This document shows positions 54,482 through 59,442 of a DNA stretch of 59,442 bases, in pieces. Source of the stretch: Minisyncoccota bacterium (lineage in GTDB: Bacteria > Patescibacteriota > Minisyncoccia > Phycocordibacterales > UBA9973); contig JBBAAI010000001.1 of the NCBI GenBank assembly GCA_041658325.1, forward strand, positions 93,427-152,868, given 5' to 3'. Position 1 is the stretch's first letter. The number at the start of each line of letters is the position of its first letter. Both the position numbers and the translations under genes were made by a program. Below the pieces are notes generated by a model. That model was not told where the DNA came from. It ran no database searches and saw only the letters and a list, made by a program, of their open reading frames with translations.

Positions 54482-55474
54482 ATGTTAAAAGGACTTTCTA
54501 AATCTTTATTTATATGTTTGTTTTTCTGGTTGATGGGTTTTTTTATTCTGCCATTTAATATAAGTGATGCTTCGGCTACTGATATATTGGTTAATATAGC
54601 CCCAGAAAATCCAGCTCCAAGAGAAAACACAACCATTACCCTAAATAGCTATGCTTATAATTTAGATATTGTTTTGATCTCCTGGTCTATGAATGGGAAA
54701 ACTACTTTGTCTGGAATTGGTAAAAAATCTTTTTCCCTTAAAGCTCCCAGCGCCGGAGGAGAAACAAACATTACCGCTACCATAGCTCTACCAGACGGCC
54801 AAACAAGCCTAAAAATAAAAATAAAACCAAATATTATGATTCTGCTCTGGCAGGCAAATGATTCTTATGTTCCACCTTTTTACAAAGGGAAAGCAATGCC
54901 TTCACCAGATAGCCAGATAAAGGTTGTCGCTATTCCAGAAATAAAATCTGGGTCTCAAATAGTAAATCCTAAAAATATGAATTATGTTTGGAAAAAAGAT
55001 TATACTAACAACGTAGATGGTTCGGGTTATGGAAAAAGATCCTTCATCTATACGAGCGATTATTTAGATGATTCAAACAACATCAGTGTAACAGCTTCAA
55101 CTGTTGACCAAAAATATTCATCCAAAGCAAGTGTAGATATCGGCGCTTTTCAACCTAAAATTTTATTTTATAAAAATGATGCCAACCTTGGAACCCTTTG
55201 GGAACAAGCACTCCAAAATGGACATAGGGTGCAAGGAGATGAAACAATAGAAGCTACTCCTTACTTTATCTCACCTAAAGATATAAGAATTCCGCTCCTT
55301 AAATGGAACTGGTCTATTAATGACAGTTCTGTGGATACACTTAATTCTACAAAAAATTTGATGCCCCTAAAAATACAGGAGGGAATTTCTGGAACAGCTA
55401 AAATAAAATTGGAAGTTGAAAATATATATAAAATTTTTACAACAGCTAGTAAAGAAATTACTGTAGAATTTTAA
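54482..55474 (+). CDS. Secreted hypothetical protein (T4SS-cluster associated)
   Basis: Signal peptide ending DASA, then beta-rich sequence. Confidence 0.5.
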   Translation: MLKGLSKSLFICLFFWLMGFFILPFNISDASATDILVNIAPENPAPRENTTITLNSYAYNLDIVLISWSMNGKTTLSGIGKKSFSLKAPSAGGETNITATIALPDGQTSLKIKIKPNIMILLWQANDSYVPPFYKGKAMPSPDSQIKVVAIPEIKSGSQIVNPKNMNYVWKKDYTNNVDGSGYGKRSFIYTSDYLDDSNNISVTASTVDQKYSSKASVDIGAFQPKILFYKNDANLGTLWEQALQNGHRVQGDETIEATPYFISPKDIRIPLLKWNWSINDSSVDTLNSTKNLMPLKIQEGISGTAKIKLEVENIYKIFTTASKEITVEF

Positions 55475-55475
55475 A

Positions 55476-56468
55476 ATGAAAAAAAATATATTTAAAAAAA
55501 CAATAGCATTACTATATCTGACTTTTATTTTAATTAGTTTTACTACTCCTGTATATTTTAGTTTAGCTGCTACTGTTTGTAGACCCCCAGAAGTAATTTC
55601 CCCTGATGGTAACTCGTGTGTACCACCAACAAGCACAGATTACGTTCTTTTGGCACCACTTCCAGGGCTAGAAACAAGTTTTGACCCAACACAACAAGGT
55701 AATTTAGGGGCATATTTAAACGTAATGATAAAGCTGTTCATCGGCATTTGCGCTGTGTTGGCTGTAATAATGATTGTCATGGGAGGAATTGAATATATGA
55801 CGAGCGAATTAATATCAAGCAAGGAACACGGGAAGGAGAGAATTAGAAATGCAATTTTAGGGCTTCTTTTAGCCCTTGGCGCCTATACTCTTCTTTTTAC
55901 AATAAACCCAGATTTATTAAAAACTGATTTATCGAGCTTAAAACAGCAAACAGTAATTGTAGATCTAGGTGGCGAAGGATCAGCACCCTTAACCCAAGCG
56001 ACATTGGACCAACTCGCAGCTATCGGCATAAATTGTCCCAAGAGTGGCGGGTCAGATGCTCTTCTTTCTATTGCTCAATCTTATGTTGGTCGCTCAGACT
56101 ACAGCAGGGAAAACAGAAATACAATAAGTAATGGCACAGCCCATGTTGACTGTTCTTCTTTTGCTGAACAGACTTATCGTTGTGCAGGATTATCAAGCCC
56201 TGGTAGTACCTCTGCTGGTATCTTTGGCCCTGGGACTAGAAGTATCCCCGTTACGAGTGTCAGTGCAGACGGCACAATGATAAATGGCCTGCCTATACAA
56301 ACAGGAGATTTGATTGGATGGACGGCGGGAGGTAGTGAAAAATATGGGCATGTAATGATTTACATAGGAGGAGGAAGGATGATAGACGCCCAAGGACAAG
56401 GAGGGGTAGGAGTAAGACCCGTAAGTTCTTACGCAGGAAGAATAAAATACGTTAATAGATATCCATAA
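55476..56468 (+). CDS. Fusion of a T4SS-pilin-like (VirB2/TrbC-like) two-TM module with a C-terminal NlpC/P60 cell-wall hydrolase
   Basis: Signal peptide. LGAYLNVMIKLFIGICAVLAVIMIVMGGIEYMTS...ILGLLLALGAYTLLF is a pilin-like hairpin. NlpC/P60 catalytic pattern DCSSFAEQTY...GHVMIYIGGGRMIDAQ. Confidence 0.65.
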   Translation: MKKNIFKKTIALLYLTFILISFTTPVYFSLAATVCRPPEVISPDGNSCVPPTSTDYVLLAPLPGLETSFDPTQQGNLGAYLNVMIKLFIGICAVLAVIMIVMGGIEYMTSELISSKEHGKERIRNAILGLLLALGAYTLLFTINPDLLKTDLSSLKQQTVIVDLGGEGSAPLTQATLDQLAAIGINCPKSGGSDALLSIAQSYVGRSDYSRENRNTISNGTAHVDCSSFAEQTYRCAGLSSPGSTSAGIFGPGTRSIPVTSVSADGTMINGLPIQTGDLIGWTAGGSEKYGHVMIYIGGGRMIDAQGQGGVGVRPVSSYAGRIKYVNRYP

Positions 56469-56473
56469 TTTTT

Positions 56474-57826
56474 ATGTCAAAAAGAAATTTTATACTTTTA
56501 ATAAAAGTTTTAATTCTCGCAGTAACAATAGTTTTGGGATTTTTATATTTTACAAAACCATCCAGCCAAACAGGGGAGGACACGAGTGGAACGAATTTTA
56601 TTGCGCAGTTTAATCCATTTGGAACGAATAAACCCGCAACCCCTCCAGTAGTTACCCCTCCGGCAGATATTTCTGGATATCAACCAGAACCTACTTCAAA
56701 AATTATTGTAAAATTACAAAAGGTTTCTAGTATGCCCATAGCTGGATTTACTGTGTTTAATAAAGAAAGATTAAAAGAGATACCGGTCGTTATCCCGACC
56801 CCAACCAACACAGACACTCCTCCTTCAGCTTCTTCTACGACGATCAAAAAAATAACCAAACCAACTCCACCACCGACTGAATTTATGCCCGCCTTGAGAT
56901 ATGTAGATAGGGCGACGGGAAATATTTACCAAACTTTTGCAGACAAAATAGCAGAAAGGAAGTTTTCGGGAACAATAATCCCTAAAGTTTATGAAGCCCT
57001 TTTTGGGAATAAGGGGCAATCTGTGATTATGCGATATTTAAAAACAGATGGAAGAACAATTATAACTTTCGTCGGCAATCTTCCTAAGGAATTATTGGGA
57101 GGGGACACTACAGAAAGCAACGAAATAAAAGGGTCCTTCTTGCCGGAAAACATAAAAGACATGAGTTTATCCTCCGACACAGGAAGTGTTTTCTATTTAT
57201 TTAATACCGGGGACAGTATGGTAGGTACAACCCTCAACCTCACAACAAATAAAAAGGTTCAAATTTTTGATTCACCTTTCACTGAATGGTTATCTTCCTG
57301 GCCAAATAGTAAAATAATTACTCTTACCACCAAGCCCTCATTTAGCGTGCCGGGCTATATGTATACAATAGACCCAAATACTAAAAATTTAATAAAAACC
57401 ATTGATGAGGTGCCGGGGCTTACCACCCTTCCTAGCCCTAATGGAAAACTTGTTCTTTATAGTAATAATACTTTATCTCTTAATCTTTTTCACACAGACA
57501 CAAAAACGAATGATTTATTCGGAGTAAAAACTCTTCCAGAAAAATGTATCTGGGGTAAGGCGAACGATGTTGTTTATTGTTCCGTTCCAAAATATATTAG
57601 TGGCGGACAATATCCAGATACTTGGTATCAAGGAGAAACATCTTTTTCAGATCAAATCTGGAAAATAGATATAAAAACTAGAAATGCCACCATTATTGCA
57701 GACCTGGCAACTATTACTGGAGGGGAGGAGATTGATGGTATTAAATTAATGCTGGATGAGGGTGAAAATTATCTATTTTTTGTAAATAAAAAGGATTCTT
57801 TCCTTTGGAAACTCCAATTAAAATAA
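56474..57826 (+). CDS. Membrane-anchored protein with a Pro/Thr-rich linker and a probable beta-propeller (TolB/PD40-like) domain
   Basis: N-terminal TM, then PATPPVVTPPADISGYQPEP and TPTNTDTPPSASS linkers. LPSPNGKLVLYSNN-type repeats. Confidence 0.45.
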   Translation: MSKRNFILLIKVLILAVTIVLGFLYFTKPSSQTGEDTSGTNFIAQFNPFGTNKPATPPVVTPPADISGYQPEPTSKIIVKLQKVSSMPIAGFTVFNKERLKEIPVVIPTPTNTDTPPSASSTTIKKITKPTPPPTEFMPALRYVDRATGNIYQTFADKIAERKFSGTIIPKVYEALFGNKGQSVIMRYLKTDGRTIITFVGNLPKELLGGDTTESNEIKGSFLPENIKDMSLSSDTGSVFYLFNTGDSMVGTTLNLTTNKKVQIFDSPFTEWLSSWPNSKIITLTTKPSFSVPGYMYTIDPNTKNLIKTIDEVPGLTTLPSPNGKLVLYSNNTLSLNLFHTDTKTNDLFGVKTLPEKCIWGKANDVVYCSVPKYISGGQYPDTWYQGETSFSDQIWKIDIKTRNATIIADLATITGGEEIDGIKLMLDEGENYLFFVNKKDSFLWKLQLK

Positions 57827-57829
57827 AAA

Positions 57830-58312
57830 TTATAAATTTCCAATATATTTTATAACCACACGGCGATCACGCCCCGTTCCCATAGATTCTGTTTTTAGAT
57901 CAGTTGCTAGAGATAAAAATTCATGAACGACCCTACGTTCAAAAGCAGACATCGGATCAACTTCTATATTAGATTTAAAATAACGCGCTCTTTCTGACAT
58001 CATGTGCGCAATAGCGCGAACGTTCTCCACTCGTTTTTTTTGAAAACCATTTACATCAATAAGAACACCTAACCCCTGTGATAAAACCTCGCCCTCCTGC
58101 CTAGGGGTCTTAGCTTCAATAATTCTATGAACGAGGTGATTTAGGGCATGTAACCCTTCACCCTCGCGTCCTATAAAAAAATGTGGTTCGCCAACCTCCA
58201 CCGAAATCCATATATTTTTTGGTCCGTCTTCTACAACAGAAATTCCATTTAATTTTATGGTAGTTTTTTCAACTAGTTCTTTTATTAAATTTTGGATTTC
58301 TTCCTTTTTCAT
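57830..58312 (-). CDS. jag: Jag/KhpB-like RNA-binding protein (KH plus R3H domains)
   Basis: The C-terminal R3H region SAFERRVVHEFL and its position downstream of yidC. Confidence 0.75.
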   Translation of the reverse strand: MKKEEIQNLIKELVEKTTIKLNGISVVEDGPKNIWISVEVGEPHFFIGREGEGLHALNHLVHRIIEAKTPRQEGEVLSQGLGVLIDVNGFQKKRVENVRAIAHMMSERARYFKSNIEVDPMSAFERRVVHEFLSLATDLKTESMGTGRDRRVVIKYIGNL

Positions 58313-58318
58313 TCTTTA

Positions 58319-59053
58319 TTATTTAATTACCGTTTTAAATGTTTTTTCTTTTTTAACATAAACTTGTTGGACAACCATAAAAAGATTGCTTGTAATCCAA
58401 TACAAGGCAACTGCGCCAGAAACACTGTAAGCAATAAAGGCCACAATGAAAGGAAAGATATATTTCATTTGCATACTCATACTTTTAGTAAAACTATCTG
58501 AAAAAGAGGAAGTCGAGCCACTAGAGACTGGAGAGGTGGCTGGTTTAGGGGTAAAGTGAGCCTGTAAGTATTGAGAAATTCCCGCTAAAATCGCTAAAAT
58601 TAAACTTTTTCCCCCAACATCAAGAATTCCTAAAAACATCATATTTACGTGTTCTGGAATATGAATAAAAGAATAAAGAAAACCCCCATCAAATTTTATT
58701 CCCTTAGAAAAAACATAATATAAGGCAAAAATAACAGGAATTTGAAGTAAAACCAAAAGACATCCAGAAAATGGGTTCACTTTGTGTTTTTTGTAAAGAT
58801 CAAAGGTAAGCTTTGCTTGTTCTTCTTTTGAGGCCCCGCCTGCTTTTATCTTATTGAGTTCTGGTGTTAAAATGTTCATTTCCGCCTGACTTTCAATGGA
58901 TTTTTGAGAAAGAGGGAAGAGAATAATTTTAACTAAAATAGTAAGAATAATGACCGCCAAGCCAACATCTCCGCCTGGGATAATTGAAACTAAAAAAGCC
59001 AAGGCGTTTAATAATGGCTGATATAAAACAATATTCCAAATATTTGAAATCAT
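58319..59053 (-). CDS. yidC: Membrane protein insertase YidC (short Gram-positive-type)
   Basis: LAVIILTILVKIILFPLSQKS...NPFSGCLLVLLQIPVIFALY...ALYWITSNLFMVVQQ. Confidence 0.9.
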   Translation of the reverse strand: MISNIWNIVLYQPLLNALAFLVSIIPGGDVGLAVIILTILVKIILFPLSQKSIESQAEMNILTPELNKIKAGGASKEEQAKLTFDLYKKHKVNPFSGCLLVLLQIPVIFALYYVFSKGIKFDGGFLYSFIHIPEHVNMMFLGILDVGGKSLILAILAGISQYLQAHFTPKPATSPVSSGSTSSFSDSFTKSMSMQMKYIFPFIVAFIAYSVSGAVALYWITSNLFMVVQQVYVKKEKTFKTVIK

Positions 59054-59109
59054 AATCTAATCTTATATTAAAATATTAAAAAGTCCACAAAGAAGACTTT
59101 TAAGAGAGT

Positions 59110-59325
59110 CTATTTAACAGGGTCAATGTGTTTATTTTGCCACGGGTGACAACGTAAAATACGTAAAAAACCTAAATAAATTCCTTTTAAAATACCATAT
59201 TTTTCTATGGCTTGTTTAGTGTATTCGGAGCAGGTAGGATAAAAAACACAACTTGGTTTTATAAAAACCGAAATATATTTTTGATAAAAATTAATTAATT
59301 TTAGAAAGAATTGTTTTAATTTCAT
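59110..59325 (-). CDS. yidD: Membrane protein insertion efficiency factor YidD
   Basis: YQKYISVFIKPSCVFYPTCSEYTKQAIEKYGILKGIYLGFLRILRCHPW. The start was placed at ATG 59325. Confidence 0.85.
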   Translation of the reverse strand: MKLKQFFLKLINFYQKYISVFIKPSCVFYPTCSEYTKQAIEKYGILKGIYLGFLRILRCHPWQNKHIDPVK

Positions 59326-59442
59326 TTTCAAGAATTAAAATATCCTCTTGATATTTTTTAAAAACAAAAACACCCAGTATCCCAGCAGGGAAGACTTTAA
59401 AATATTTTTTTAGCGCTGAATATCCTCTTCTTCTTAATAAAT
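59291..59442 (-). CDS. rnpA: RNase P protein component, C-terminal part (the gene runs off the right edge)
   Basis: Hand translation gives ...LLRRRGYSALKKYFKVFPAGILGVFVFKKYQEDILILENEIKTILSKIN*, overlapping the yidD start. The call rests mainly on the conserved rnpA-yidD-yidC-jag synteny. Confidence 0.5.
   Translation of the reverse strand, partial: LLRRRGYSALKKYFKVFPAGILGVFVFKKYQEDILILENEIKTILSKIN

Noticed and set aside
1-59442. CRISPR arrays, rRNA genes, transposases/IS elements and prophage genes.
   Set aside because: I saw no regularly spaced direct repeats, no rRNA-like sequence, and no transposase or phage structural motifs in any frame of the ORF track.

Overview
The window is a low-GC bacterial chromosome segment. 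Hand counts on sampled 60-nt lines give about 30% GC. Its style fits a Candidate Phyla Radiation / Patescibacteria-like genome: compact genes, a membrane H+-pyrophosphatase, a PilB ATPase, many secreted orphan proteins, a Gram-positive-type T4SS-like cluster, and in-frame insertions in conserved enzymes. The right edge carries the origin-proximal jag-yidC-yidD-rnpA block. Housekeeping genes recognised: nusA, hppA, tig, clpP, rny, hup, comM/yifB, a dksA-like gene, metK, pnp, rpsO, a xer recombinase, xth, cca, yraN, a ZIP transporter, uvrD/pcrA, rsmA and four tRNAs. Main observations: (1) A compositionally foreign three-gene operon at 25.5-27.7 kb has about 43-58% GC, canonical Shine-Dalgarno sites, translational coupling and its own TTGACA/TAAAAT promoter. 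It encodes a Gre/Rnk-like factor, a thymidylate-kinase-family kinase and a MoaA-like radical-SAM protein. The CxxxC...C cluster segment of that protein sits at the C-terminus, an apparent circular permutation. It is the best candidate for an undescribed nucleotide-modifying, possibly defence-like, system. (2) Native genes lack SD sequences, and at least 14 have a TATAAT-like hexamer 6-7 nt upstream of the start codon, suggesting a pervasive leaderless architecture. The GC-rich genes, in contrast, are SD-led. (3) An operon-like cluster at 18.5-24.8 kb encodes an amino-acid dehydrogenase, an Rv1355c-type ThiF/E1-like protein, a PaaK-like adenylating enzyme, an Acg-type nitroreductase and a 7TM histidine kinase. 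(4) A T4SS-like cluster of about 11-13 kb (VirB4, VirB6/TrbL-like, PrgI/VirB3-like, pilin-NlpC/P60 fusion) has no relaxase or coupling protein in the window. (5) GC-rich in-frame insertions occur in metK (a strongly self-complementary 87-nt core), cca and uvrD. Further points: a trigger factor without a PPIase domain, a DUF2238 gene with an in-frame TGA, and a recurring ~30-nt bulged hairpin after three genes. No CRISPR array, rRNA, transposase or prophage was seen.
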